Part shown: positions 29,320-38,687 of the stretch, piece by piece
Layout: the number at the start of each line of letters is the position of its first letter
Numbering within the stretch: position 1 is the stretch's first letter
Origin: Chthoniobacterales bacterium
GTDB taxonomy: Bacteria > Verrucomicrobiota > Verrucomicrobiia > Chthoniobacterales > Chthoniobacteraceae
Assembly (NCBI GenBank): GCA_038207335.1
Contig: JBBQZX010000031.1
Span: forward strand, 9,507 to 73,506
Reading direction: 5' to 3'
DNA: 64,000 nt
Translations under genes and position numbers: made by a program
The notes under the pieces: generated by a model
The model's input: the letters and a program-made list of their open reading frames with translations, nothing else
Database searches by the model: none
Told to the model about the DNA's origin: nothing

Positions 29320-30306
29320 TCATTGGGAGATGCCGGAGGTCGTGGCGATGGCCTCGCGGAGAGATGCCAGCACTTCTGGGATGGCTTCGTAGGAATCGTA
29401 ATCCTTCCGTCTCTTCGAGAGCGTTTCGATGGGGACGTAGCCACGGTAGCCGGCCTTGCGGATGATCGTGACCAGCTTCCTCATATCCACAGCGTGTGAG
29501 TCGGTGCCGCTGCCTAGGGTTTCCTTGATTTGCCAATTCACCGCATAGGGTGCCATGAGCGCGATGTCGGCGTAGGGATCGTCCGTGAGGTATTTTCCGG
29601 TGTCCACCAGCGCCCCACACCACTCATGATCCACGCGCTTCAACAGACTCAAATGCTGTTCTCCCGTGTTGATGAAATCGCCATGATTTTGCACGGCGAC
29701 GATGACGCCGAACTTCCTGCCATGCGCGGCACATTCCCGCAGCGCATCAGCCATCCACGCCTCCACCTCGCTTCGGTCCCGATTGCCCGCGGCTTGCTGC
29801 CAGTTTTGGAAAGGCGGCTGTGAATCCGCAAAGGCTCGGATGCACGGCGCACCCAGCTTCGCCGCCACTTCGATCCAGGTCTTGATGCGTTGGACCCCTT
29901 CGTCGCGCACCGCTCTATCAGCCGTGGTAAAATCATTGCGCACGCCAGTCCCGCTGATGGCGAGTCCGAGATCGAATGCGTGGCGCTTGAGCTTGAAAAT
30001 ATAGCTGTCGTCCGGTGCCTTCGGGTAGCCGGGAAAAAAGTAGCCCGTGAGATCGACAGCGGCGAAGTCATGCTTCGCGCAGAAGTCGCATACCCCGAAG
30101 AGATCGATCCCGGTGTTCGCATCTTTCGCGTTCGCATTGAGGAGTTCGAGGAACGAATAGGCATTGAGCGTAGGTTTCAAATACGCGCCACCCACACGCT
30201 GGATCGGGGCGATGGCAGCGGTGGCAGTGGAGAACGGAATCGCGGCAGCGAAGGGCAGGATCGCCGCACGTTTGAGGAAGCCGCGACGGGTCGTGTGGGA
30301 GTTCAT
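29320..30306 (-). CDS. Tat-exported sugar phosphate isomerase/epimerase (xylose isomerase-like TIM barrel)
   Basis: TRRGFLK twin-arginine signal, LNAYSF, DLTGYFF, QNHGDF, DTG, YRGYVPIETL. Confidence 0.82.
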   Translation of the reverse strand: MNSHTTRRGFLKRAAILPFAAAIPFSTATAAIAPIQRVGGAYLKPTLNAYSFLELLNANAKDANTGIDLFGVCDFCAKHDFAAVDLTGYFFPGYPKAPDDSYIFKLKRHAFDLGLAISGTGVRNDFTTADRAVRDEGVQRIKTWIEVAAKLGAPCIRAFADSQPPFQNWQQAAGNRDRSEVEAWMADALRECAAHGRKFGVIVAVQNHGDFINTGEQHLSLLKRVDHEWCGALVDTGKYLTDDPYADIALMAPYAVNWQIKETLGSGTDSHAVDMRKLVTIIRKAGYRGYVPIETLSKRRKDYDSYEAIPEVLASLREAIATTSGISQ

Positions 30307-31862
30307 TCGGAAATGTTCGCGGGCGGGAGAAGGTAACGATAGCTGACCAGCGCGATCGTGGTGCTATCCGGGGACCATGAAGGAACATTCAAGGTGCCCT
30401 GCCCGCCAAAAAGAGTGGCAATGACTTTGGCTTTGCCGCCTGCCATCGGCATGAGCCGCAGCACCACGTTCTGGTTGAGTGGATGCCCTTTCACACTCTT
30501 GTCAAAGGAGACAAACACGATCCACTTTCCATCGGGCGATGGATGGGGAAACCAGTCGGCATACTGCTCGTCAAAAGTCACCTGTTCCTGCGCAGAGCCG
30601 TCAGGATTCATGCGGAAGATTTTCGCGACTCCACCGACCCGTTCGGAGTGAAAGTAGATCTTGCTGCCGTCCGCGGTGTATTCGGGGCCATCGTCGAGTC
30701 CTTCGGCATCGGTCAGACGTGTCTCACCGCCTCCTGCCGTGGGGACCGTGTAAACGTCGAAGTTACCGTTGCGCTTCGCACAAAAAGCCAGCGTGCCGCC
30801 ATCCGGCGACCAGCCATGCCAATACGACGGGCCGGTGGGCGTGATCTCACGCGCGGCGCCGCCGTTGGCGGGTACGACGTAAATCTTTGAGCCGTTCTCG
30901 CCGGAGCCTGAACTAACGGCGAGCCACTTCCCATCGAATGAAAGGCCGTGGTCATTGTTGTTGTTCACGGCGACGCCAGTGTTGATCTGGGTCGGCTCGG
31001 CGCCGGTTACGGGCAGCGTCCAGATGCCGCCACCGCGATTGAAGTAGAAGTGCTTGCCGTCGCGCGACCAGTTAGGTGCTTCGAACCTGCTGCGATCGCG
31101 ATAAACGACCTTTCGTTCGCTCGTCGCGATATCGAGCGTTTCCAGGCTCGACTCCCGCAGCCGCTTTGCGCCCTCCGCCGCGATGTTGCTTTTCAGCACG
31201 ACGTTCGAGATCAAGGCCGTCTCAAGGTTCGCCGCATTGTGGGCACCGACGGCGAGTCCGGCATAGACCGGATCAGGCATCGGGAGCGACACCGCGCCCA
31301 CCGGTTGGAATGGCCCGCCGTCTTTTGAAACGGAAACCGTAAACACATCGCCGTCGCGCTCCAGCTTCACATTGGCCGGCGCCTGAATGGGTGTGCGGGC
31401 CGCCAGGGTCGTGGCCCCTTTCACCGTGCGATATTGCATCTCGATCAAGCCATCGCCATGCACCGCAACATCGACATACGGAGAGTCCGCGTCGAGCGAC
31501 TGCCGCACCATCGCGCAGGCTTTGCGATGCGGCTCTTTGCCCTCGGCTTCCCAAGCGACATTCATGCTGAAGGTCAGGTCGCCAGACACCTTCTTCGACA
31601 GGAACTGACAAGCGTCTTCCGCGAACCAGATGTTCTTTCCGCTGCCGGCGATCCGATAAGTCTCTTTGTCCGCAAGATATTCCGAGGAGCCTTTCAGGTC
31701 GATCGTGCCAAGATCCGTTGCGCTTTCAAAGATGCCCATTCCGCCGGTCGTGCCGGATTGGACGCTGACTTTCTCCACAGCCGATGAGGACGCGGCGGAG
31801 AGCACGAGGCAGAGAATGGAAAGCGAACTAAGGGAGCGGAGAATGCGGCTAGATGGGTGCAT
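30303..31862 (-). CDS. TolB-like PD40 beta-propeller protein with N-terminal beta-sandwich domain
   Basis: FEAPNWSRDG, NNDHG, SYWHGWSPDG, DDGPEY, WFPHPSPDG, GGQGTLNVPSWSPD; alternative start 31928. Confidence 0.8.
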   Translation of the reverse strand: MHPSSRILRSLSSLSILCLVLSAASSSAVEKVSVQSGTTGGMGIFESATDLGTIDLKGSSEYLADKETYRIAGSGKNIWFAEDACQFLSKKVSGDLTFSMNVAWEAEGKEPHRKACAMVRQSLDADSPYVDVAVHGDGLIEMQYRTVKGATTLAARTPIQAPANVKLERDGDVFTVSVSKDGGPFQPVGAVSLPMPDPVYAGLAVGAHNAANLETALISNVVLKSNIAAEGAKRLRESSLETLDIATSERKVVYRDRSRFEAPNWSRDGKHFYFNRGGGIWTLPVTGAEPTQINTGVAVNNNNDHGLSFDGKWLAVSSGSGENGSKIYVVPANGGAAREITPTGPSYWHGWSPDGGTLAFCAKRNGNFDVYTVPTAGGGETRLTDAEGLDDGPEYTADGSKIYFHSERVGGVAKIFRMNPDGSAQEQVTFDEQYADWFPHPSPDGKWIVFVSFDKSVKGHPLNQNVVLRLMPMAGGKAKVIATLFGGQGTLNVPSWSPDSTTIALVSYRYLLPPANISE

Positions 31863-31937
31863 GGTGGTGGAGTTTCGAGTGAGGAAAACGGTAGCGAAGG
31901 GCGCGCAGAAGTTGGTGAGTGAGTTCATGCCGAAAGG

Positions 31938-33512
31938 TTATTTCGCGGCTTGCGGGAGGACATTTTTGAGACGGCTTCGTCCATTGACCTTGGATTGATC
32001 GAGCAATGCTTTCAGCTCGTTCACCATTTCCGGATGCTCGGCGTAAAGGTTCGTTGTGTCGCCGGGGTCGGCTGCAAGATTGTAGAGCTGACCGGGAGCA
32101 TCGGGGACGACCTCGGGGAGGATGAACGGCTTGAGGCCGGGGTCGGTTTCGTAGCGGTTTCCGCCGGAGCCGGGGTGGTCCAGGTATTTCCACGGTCCGC
32201 GCCGGATGGAGAGCGTGCGCGCACCGCCGAAGGCTTGTTCGAGTAGATACGGACGGATGGGGGCTTTGTCTTCGCCGAGCCACGCGGGTAGCAAGTTGAA
32301 GCTGTCCTCGGCGGCGTTGTCGGGGAGGTCTGCGCCGACGATCGCGGCGACGGTCGCCATCACGTCGGTAAGGCTGGTTAGCTGCGCGCTGGTCGTGCCG
32401 GCTTTCACTTTGCCGGGCCAGCGGACGATGAATGGGACGCGGTGGCCGCCCTCCCAATCGTCGCGCTTCACACCGCGCCACGGGCGCGCGCCGTCGTGGC
32501 CGTGGTCGGCGCGCATGTGGATGACGCTGGTGGTTTCGGGGCCGTTGTCGCTGGTGAATATGACGATCGTGTTGTCGGCGACGCCCAGTTTTTCCAGCGT
32601 GGACATGAGTTCGCCGACCACCCAGTCGAGTTGCTGGATAAAGTCACCATGCGGCCCGGCGGCAGTCTTCCCTTGGAACTGCGGCGCGGCGAACGATGGC
32701 AGATGCACGGCCTGCGCGGCGTGGTGGAGGAAGAACGGCTTGTCCGGCGACTGACGGACGTGCTGCTCCAAAAACTCACGGCTCTTTTTGAGGAAGACGA
32801 GGTCCACCTCTTCCATCGGAAAACCCGGCGCGATGAGTCCGGCGCGGCAATCATCCGCATACGGGTGTTTCGGCAATCCTGCTTTGTCGAGTGGACCCGT
32901 CGGGGGCACCGGCACGCGGTCGTTCTCGATGAAGGCGTAGAGCCAGTCAGTGGTGGGACAGCACGCCGTGCCGAAGAATCGCTCGAAGCCTTGGTCCACC
33001 GGCCCGCCTTCGATGCGACGGGAAAAATCCACAGTCTGCACGGCCTCAACGCCTTTGCTGCGCACGGGCTGTCCAGCCTTGTCGAAGAACGTCAGGCCGA
33101 CGTGCCACTTGCCGACGCACGCTGTGGCATAACCCTTCGCGCCGAGCATCGCAGGCAGCGTGAGCCGCCCCGGTGCGATGAGCGACGGCCCTCCGACGCC
33201 TTCAAAAACCCGCCCGCCATTTGGCACCCGAAACGCCATCTGGCCCGTCATCAAGCTGTAGCGCGATGGCGTGCAGACCGTGGCCGGACTATGCGCGTCG
33301 GTGAACCTCATCCCCTCGAGCGCGAGACGGTCGATGTGCGGCGTAGCCACTTTCGACTGGTCGTTGTAGCAACTCACATCGCCGTAGCCGAGGTCATCGG
33401 CGAGGATGAGCAGGATGTTCGGCTTCTGGCCGGCGGCCGACGGTTGCGCTGAGAGGAAAGCGCCGAGCAAGAGCAGCGCGAGGCCGAGCTTGGTGGCGAC
33501 GGTGATTTTCAC
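31938..33512 (-). CDS. Arylsulfatase (S1 family)
   Basis: KPNILLILADDLGYGD, CTPSRYSLMTG, GKWH, TSDNG, WEGGHRVPF; GTG start. Confidence 0.93.
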   Translation of the reverse strand: MKITVATKLGLALLLLGAFLSAQPSAAGQKPNILLILADDLGYGDVSCYNDQSKVATPHIDRLALEGMRFTDAHSPATVCTPSRYSLMTGQMAFRVPNGGRVFEGVGGPSLIAPGRLTLPAMLGAKGYATACVGKWHVGLTFFDKAGQPVRSKGVEAVQTVDFSRRIEGGPVDQGFERFFGTACCPTTDWLYAFIENDRVPVPPTGPLDKAGLPKHPYADDCRAGLIAPGFPMEEVDLVFLKKSREFLEQHVRQSPDKPFFLHHAAQAVHLPSFAAPQFQGKTAAGPHGDFIQQLDWVVGELMSTLEKLGVADNTIVIFTSDNGPETTSVIHMRADHGHDGARPWRGVKRDDWEGGHRVPFIVRWPGKVKAGTTSAQLTSLTDVMATVAAIVGADLPDNAAEDSFNLLPAWLGEDKAPIRPYLLEQAFGGARTLSIRRGPWKYLDHPGSGGNRYETDPGLKPFILPEVVPDAPGQLYNLAADPGDTTNLYAEHPEMVNELKALLDQSKVNGRSRLKNVLPQAAK

Positions 33513-33525
33513 GTGCAGCAGGAGT

Positions 33526-35001
33526 TCATGGCTTCGGGATCTCGTTCAGCGTGTAATAAGCGCGGTCGTGTAAGAGGGGCTCGCCGTCGCGCGATTTGAA
33601 GGCAGGCAGGTGAAAGTCGTGAACGTGACCTTGCACGAGTCCCTGCACGCGCAGGCGCACACTCATTCCATCGGGCGCGACTTCGGCGGCGGTGATAGTC
33701 GGGTGCGTCTGGTCCACCTCGGGACTGCCGTAGGCTTGCTGGTAGATGTGGGTGTAGGTCTCGAGCGCGTAGCTCTCCGGACGCGCGGCTTGCGCGCCGT
33801 CGGCGGGGCGGGTGAAGCGCAGCGTGAAGCCGTCGGGCTGCGCGCGGATGTCGAGAATCTCGAACGGCGTGCGCCCGGTCCAGTCGAGGCGCTGGAGCAG
33901 GTTATCCTTCATGCCACGCACGGGCCAGCCGCGGTTTGTGCCGCCGGTGATGAGCTTTCCATCCGGCAGGAAATGAAGCGCAAGCAGACCCGTTCCGAGT
34001 CCTTCGCGGAAAGGATAACACGCGCCCTGCCACACGCCGTTTACCTGCTCCGTCGTCGCGCGCATCACGATGCTCAGCGTGTAGTCGCCGATGAAAATCT
34101 GGTTGTCGAACGGCCCGAACTTTCCCCCGGCGCGGCAGACCTCGAAACCGGAAACCGAACGCCCCATTTTCTTGTAGGGAAACACCACCGCGTAGGGCAC
34201 GAGTTCCTTCACGCGCTTGCGTTCCACTTCCATGCGCGATGGCGAATTCGGCATCACGGGCACCGGGCCCATGTTCGGCGCAAAAGGATACCAGTTGAAG
34301 CTGATGGGATGTCCCATGAAGCCGCCGGGCTGCAGATGCTTCAGCGAACACGCGCCATTCCACGGCCCCTGACTCTCGATGTAGAACATCTCGCCGGTTT
34401 CATTCGCGCCCACGCCCAGCGGACTTCGCAGCCCGCTGCACAGCGGAATGGTTTTTCCATCAGGCGTAATCTTCAGCGCCCAGCCGCGAAACAACGCCTT
34501 CGAGTTGTAGGACTCCGAAAGGCCGAGCGCGACGTAGAGATTCCCCGCCGCATCGAATTTCGAGCCGCAAGCAAATTCGTGGTAATGCCCGAAACCCCAG
34601 GCATCGCTCACCGTGTCGAAGCGGTCCGCGCGCCCGTCGCCATTGGTATCCGCGATGCGCGTGACCTCCGTCGCGTGCGTGACGTAAAACGCGCCGTCGC
34701 GCCACGCCAGCCCCAGCACTTCATCCAACCCGCTGGCGAACCGCTCCACGCGCGGCCGCGGACGCTCATCACCCACACCGCTGAACAACAAAATCTCACC
34801 GCGCCGCGTGCCGACGGCGAGCCGCCCATCCGGCAGCGAAACAAATGCTCCCGCCTCCACATACACCCCCTCCGGCATCGGGATGTCCACGATGCGGTAG
34901 TAGTTCGCCTCGCGCTCCGCCGTGCCCCAAGTATCGCCGAAGTCTTCCGCAGCAGCGGCGAGCGGGAGCAGGAAGAGCAGGAAGAAAAAGCAGCGGTTCA
35001 T
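33526..35001 (-). CDS. Exported glucose/sorbosone-dehydrogenase-like beta-propeller protein
   Basis: Signal peptide; DTNGDGRAD, YHEFACG, GLRSPLG, QGPW, WQGACYPF, GFTLRFTRP, YGSPE. Confidence 0.7.
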   Translation of the reverse strand: MNRCFFFLLFLLPLAAAAEDFGDTWGTAEREANYYRIVDIPMPEGVYVEAGAFVSLPDGRLAVGTRRGEILLFSGVGDERPRPRVERFASGLDEVLGLAWRDGAFYVTHATEVTRIADTNGDGRADRFDTVSDAWGFGHYHEFACGSKFDAAGNLYVALGLSESYNSKALFRGWALKITPDGKTIPLCSGLRSPLGVGANETGEMFYIESQGPWNGACSLKHLQPGGFMGHPISFNWYPFAPNMGPVPVMPNSPSRMEVERKRVKELVPYAVVFPYKKMGRSVSGFEVCRAGGKFGPFDNQIFIGDYTLSIVMRATTEQVNGVWQGACYPFREGLGTGLLALHFLPDGKLITGGTNRGWPVRGMKDNLLQRLDWTGRTPFEILDIRAQPDGFTLRFTRPADGAQAARPESYALETYTHIYQQAYGSPEVDQTHPTITAAEVAPDGMSVRLRVQGLVQGHVHDFHLPAFKSRDGEPLLHDRAYYTLNEIPKP

Positions 35002-37214
35002 GGTTTGGTGAGGTGATACTCGAGCTTCATCTCCGCGCTGGCGGGAAGCAGGAGTTCCTTCGTGCCGTCCACGTCGCGCACGAGCGCCGCGGCGGGCAGG
35101 CGGACGATGAGATTTTGGCCAATGGCGAATTCGTTCGTGCCGCGCGGCTCGATGAGTTTTTCCGCAGCCACTCGGAAGTGCAGTCCGCCGGGGGCATCGG
35201 GGATTTTCAGCGTGCGTTCGAGGAACAGTTTGCCGTCAGCGTCGCGGCGCTCGATGAAGGCGTCCTCCACGGTGAAGCCGCCGAGGGCGTAGCGGAAAGT
35301 GGGACGCTGCTGCGCGTCGAGGGTGTAGCCTTTGAAAGTAAACGGTGATATTCCCGGCGTCTCGTCGAGCACAGGCCATGCGCTCGCCGACGACGCCAGC
35401 ACAGCGAAGGCGGGGCCGGGCGGAAAATTCACGATGTCTTTGCCGAGGAGGCGCGCCTGACCGGAGCCTTGGCCGCGCCAGAGGCCGGAGGCCTCGATGA
35501 AGCCGCCGCTCCACACGGAGCCGAGGCGCATCTGCGCGGCGTCGAACGAGAGATTGATGCCGCCGGGATAGCCGACGCCGATGCCGCGTTTGCCGATGCC
35601 GGGAAAGGCGCGACGCACGATGACGGCTTCGTTTTTCACTTCGATGACGAGCGGCTCCAGGACCAGCCCCGCGGGCTCGCCGGCTTCGGGGCCTTGCGCG
35701 AGGAATTGCCAGAGCGCGTCGCGCTGCTGGCCGGGGTCGCCGCCGAGCACGGCGGGCAGCGTGGATTTTCCATCGGGCCAAAAACTCGGCATGACCGTGA
35801 GCGACGCGAATCGCTGCGGCTGCGCGAGGAAATGGTGGAACCAGTTCTCCTCCAACCGCTCGGTCATGGTGGTGAGTTCCGGCCCCCGAATGGCGGCGCT
35901 GCGTCCGCGAAAGGCGTGGCAGGCGATGCAGTTGAAGCCCTTCGTCCCCGCCAATTCGCGGCCCACGTTGCGGGGCTTCGCGGATTCCGGCACGCGCTCG
36001 AATTTCGCCGACGGCAGCACGTCGAGTTGCTTCAGCCATGCGACGAGCGGCTCTGTATTCGCCGCACCATATTTCGGCATTCGCGTGTTCATCGAAGGCC
36101 GCACACCCGCGCCGTTGGCGACCACCTCACGCAGCCACGCGGCCTTGAGCTTCGCGCCCACGCCCGTGAGCGGCGGCGGGATGCGGCCCTGCTCGCCGAG
36201 ACTTTCCTCGCGTCCCGTAAAGTATTCGCTGCGAGTGCTCGCAACGCCGCCCAGCCCGTCGCGCTGATGGCACGCGAGGCAATTCAGCCGCGTGAGCGTG
36301 AGCTCCACCATCGCCGCTGGTTCCCACGCCTTTGCTTCCTCCGCGAGCGCCGCCTGCACCGCCGCCCGCTGCGCATCCGACAGCGGATAATACGGCCACA
36401 CTCCCCCCTTCCCCGACAAGCACCCCTCGCCCGCCCGCACCTTGCTCAACGCGGGCAGCGCAGGCGGCGCCACCTTCTCACTCGCACTGTGACACGCATT
36501 GCAGCGATGCTCCGCGAAGAACGTTTTCCCGCGCGCCGCGAGCACTGCGTCGGGTTGGAAAACTTCCACCGCCGCGCGCTGCTCGCGCAGCAAATAGCTC
36601 GCGATGTCCTCCGCTTCGGATGGCTCCAAATGGCAGTCCGGCATCCGCCCACTCGGACGCGCGGCCAGCGGGTCCTGCAAAAAAGTCGTGAGGCTCGCCA
36701 GCGTATATTTCTCCGCCACCGGTCCGAGCGGCACCGAGCCGGGCAGCGCCTTCTCCGGCGAATGACACGCCACGCAGCCGACCGAGTGATAGAGCTTCCG
36801 CCCGCGCTCCACCGCCTCCGCCGCAGGCTGCGCTGACGCCCCTGGCTTGCCCAGCGACGCGAGGAAATGCGCGAGCGCATCCGCCACCTCGTCGCGCTCC
36901 GCGTTGGGCAAATGAGCAAGCACATCCGGCATCGTCGTCCCCGGCTTCACGCCCGACGGATTCGCAATGAACCGCCGCAAGTGCGCCCCATTCACCCGCG
37001 CCCCGACTGCCGACAAATCCGGCCCGCCCTTCGCCGCGAACGCCACCTGCGTCGTCCCGTGACACGCCGCGCATCCCAACTCACCCACCAGCACCGCACC
37101 CGCGATTTTCTCCACGCCCGCGCGCTCCAGCCCACCAATCACCGGCGGCTCCGCAACAGCACCGTGAAGCATGCAGACGAAGGAACCAAATAGCGCCACT
37201 GAGAGGTATTTCAT
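34998..37214 (-). CDS. Exported pentaheme c-type cytochrome with C-terminal DUF6797-like domain
   Basis: Five CxxCH (CAACH, CVACH, CNACH, CLACH, CIACH), four followed by P...MP class-I distal Met motifs; ATGA-coupled to the propeller gene. Confidence 0.85.
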   Translation of the reverse strand: MKYLSVALFGSFVCMLHGAVAEPPVIGGLERAGVEKIAGAVLVGELGCAACHGTTQVAFAAKGGPDLSAVGARVNGAHLRRFIANPSGVKPGTTMPDVLAHLPNAERDEVADALAHFLASLGKPGASAQPAAEAVERGRKLYHSVGCVACHSPEKALPGSVPLGPVAEKYTLASLTTFLQDPLAARPSGRMPDCHLEPSEAEDIASYLLREQRAAVEVFQPDAVLAARGKTFFAEHRCNACHSASEKVAPPALPALSKVRAGEGCLSGKGGVWPYYPLSDAQRAAVQAALAEEAKAWEPAAMVELTLTRLNCLACHQRDGLGGVASTRSEYFTGREESLGEQGRIPPPLTGVGAKLKAAWLREVVANGAGVRPSMNTRMPKYGAANTEPLVAWLKQLDVLPSAKFERVPESAKPRNVGRELAGTKGFNCIACHAFRGRSAAIRGPELTTMTERLEENWFHHFLAQPQRFASLTVMPSFWPDGKSTLPAVLGGDPGQQRDALWQFLAQGPEAGEPAGLVLEPLVIEVKNEAVIVRRAFPGIGKRGIGVGYPGGINLSFDAAQMRLGSVWSGGFIEASGLWRGQGSGQARLLGKDIVNFPPGPAFAVLASSASAWPVLDETPGISPFTFKGYTLDAQQRPTFRYALGGFTVEDAFIERRDADGKLFLERTLKIPDAPGGLHFRVAAEKLIEPRGTNEFAIGQNLIVRLPAAALVRDVDGTKELLLPASAEMKLEYHLTKP

Positions 37215-37408
37215 TGTTTGTCGGTCACTTTGGGCTGATCAGCAGGCAGGTTAAAAGGCACGGAAGGCTTCCGCTCGGAGGCGCACAGCGGGATGGTCAG
37301 CGAAATTGACCGCTGGTTTTTTCCCAACGTGCGGCCTCCGTTCGCGGCGGCTGGGATTAGAGTTGGACTGCACGCTGGCTGGACTCATTTCTGGGTTTTG
37401 ATTCGGGT

Positions 37409-38641
37409 TCAGCGCTTCTGCCGGCTGATCATCTGGAGCGTCGCCTCCGCAAACGCCTTGCCCATCAGCGCAAAGGTCTTCGCGCAGCCGAGGTAGTGGT
37501 AGCCGGCGTTGGAAGCGCCGCGCTTCCACGTGGCGGCTTCTTCAGGCGAGATGAGATCGGCCTCGAATTTTTGCATGTAGGCCTTTTGCGCGGCCTCGTC
37601 CATCGATCCGTCCTCGTTGGGATGACCCTTGGCTTTCGTGCGGAGCAAGTGGGCGGTCTGGTCCACTTTGAACCGCTTCCCATCGATGGCCGCGAGTTCT
37701 TCAGACCAAAAGGGCGCAGTCTGCACGGCGGCGACGTTGCCCTTGAACTCAGGCAAGAGCGCCGGTGCAGCCATGGCTTCCCGGAATGGAAGGGTGTTGC
37801 CCTTGGCGTTCAAACCATCCACGCCGAGCACGCCGATGACGAACGGCATCGTCGGCGCGCCGAAATCCTTCCGCACATCGCGAATCAAATCGGCCAGCCA
37901 CTCGCTGTATTTGGAGTAGTCTTTCGTCTTGCCGTCCGGCCCCGGGTAGGTGCCGCCGTCCACGAGGTCGTTGAAACCCTGAAACCACACAAACCCGGCA
38001 ATCTCGTAGCCCGCCGCCGGGTCGTAGGCCGGGCAGACACGCTTCGGATCGGCGAGCACATTTTTCACATGCTCGACCATGTAACGGTAGAAGCGTCCCG
38101 TTTCCTTTGCCTTCGCCGCTTTCTCCGCGGCGATGTCCTTGCCCTGCTTTTGCAGCTGAGTGAGTTGCGCCTCGCTGAACTCGTATGGCCCCGCGCTCGG
38201 CGGGCGGAATTCGGTGTTCAGGCTCCTGCCGCCCCAGGCGGTCTTGATGATGAGCACCGGCTCATTCAGCGCCGAGTCCATGGTGAGTCCGAATGTAAAT
38301 TCCGGCCCGATTTTTCCGCCGTCCTGCGTCGGGTTGGCACCTCTCGCGCCGAAGCCCGCGGTGAGCTTGCCGATTCCCTCGCCATTCGCGCTGCCGTCGA
38401 ACTTGCCGGTGAGGTAGGAAATCCAGACGTGGTCGGCCACGCGCGGTTTCCCATCCGCGTCGCGCATCATTTTCAAAAGCGGCGCCGTCGCCGGGTCATC
38501 GCCGATGTAGTCGAACGTCTCAATGCGGGCATGGCCCTCCATATTCGACTGGCCGGCGAGGATGAAGACTTGCAGGGGTTTCTTTTCCGCCGCGAGGGAT
38601 TGACTGCAAATGAGCGCAAACAGGGGGATCAGGAATTTCAT
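37409..38641 (-). CDS. Sialate O-acetylesterase-like (SASA/SGNH) esterase
   Basis: VFILAGQSNMEG, IGPEFTFG, IKTAWGG, WFQGFND, GYHYLG; close paralog of 23883-25094. Confidence 0.88.
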   Translation of the reverse strand: MKFLIPLFALICSQSLAAEKKPLQVFILAGQSNMEGHARIETFDYIGDDPATAPLLKMMRDADGKPRVADHVWISYLTGKFDGSANGEGIGKLTAGFGARGANPTQDGGKIGPEFTFGLTMDSALNEPVLIIKTAWGGRSLNTEFRPPSAGPYEFSEAQLTQLQKQGKDIAAEKAAKAKETGRFYRYMVEHVKNVLADPKRVCPAYDPAAGYEIAGFVWFQGFNDLVDGGTYPGPDGKTKDYSKYSEWLADLIRDVRKDFGAPTMPFVIGVLGVDGLNAKGNTLPFREAMAAPALLPEFKGNVAAVQTAPFWSEELAAIDGKRFKVDQTAHLLRTKAKGHPNEDGSMDEAAQKAYMQKFEADLISPEEAATWKRGASNAGYHYLGCAKTFALMGKAFAEATLQMISRQKR

Positions 38642-38687
38642 GGTTGGACGTTTAGGTTTGGATGGCAGATGCGTGAAATTCGACGGT

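Noticed and set aside
36625..36650. MPDCH as a sixth heme-binding site in the multiheme cytochrome
   Set aside because: Lacks the first Cys of CxxCH; the Met is more likely a distal ligand
37251..37388. 45-aa minus-strand ORF between the esterase and the cytochrome gene
   Set aside because: No motif, signal or codon-bias support; may be an intergenic remnant
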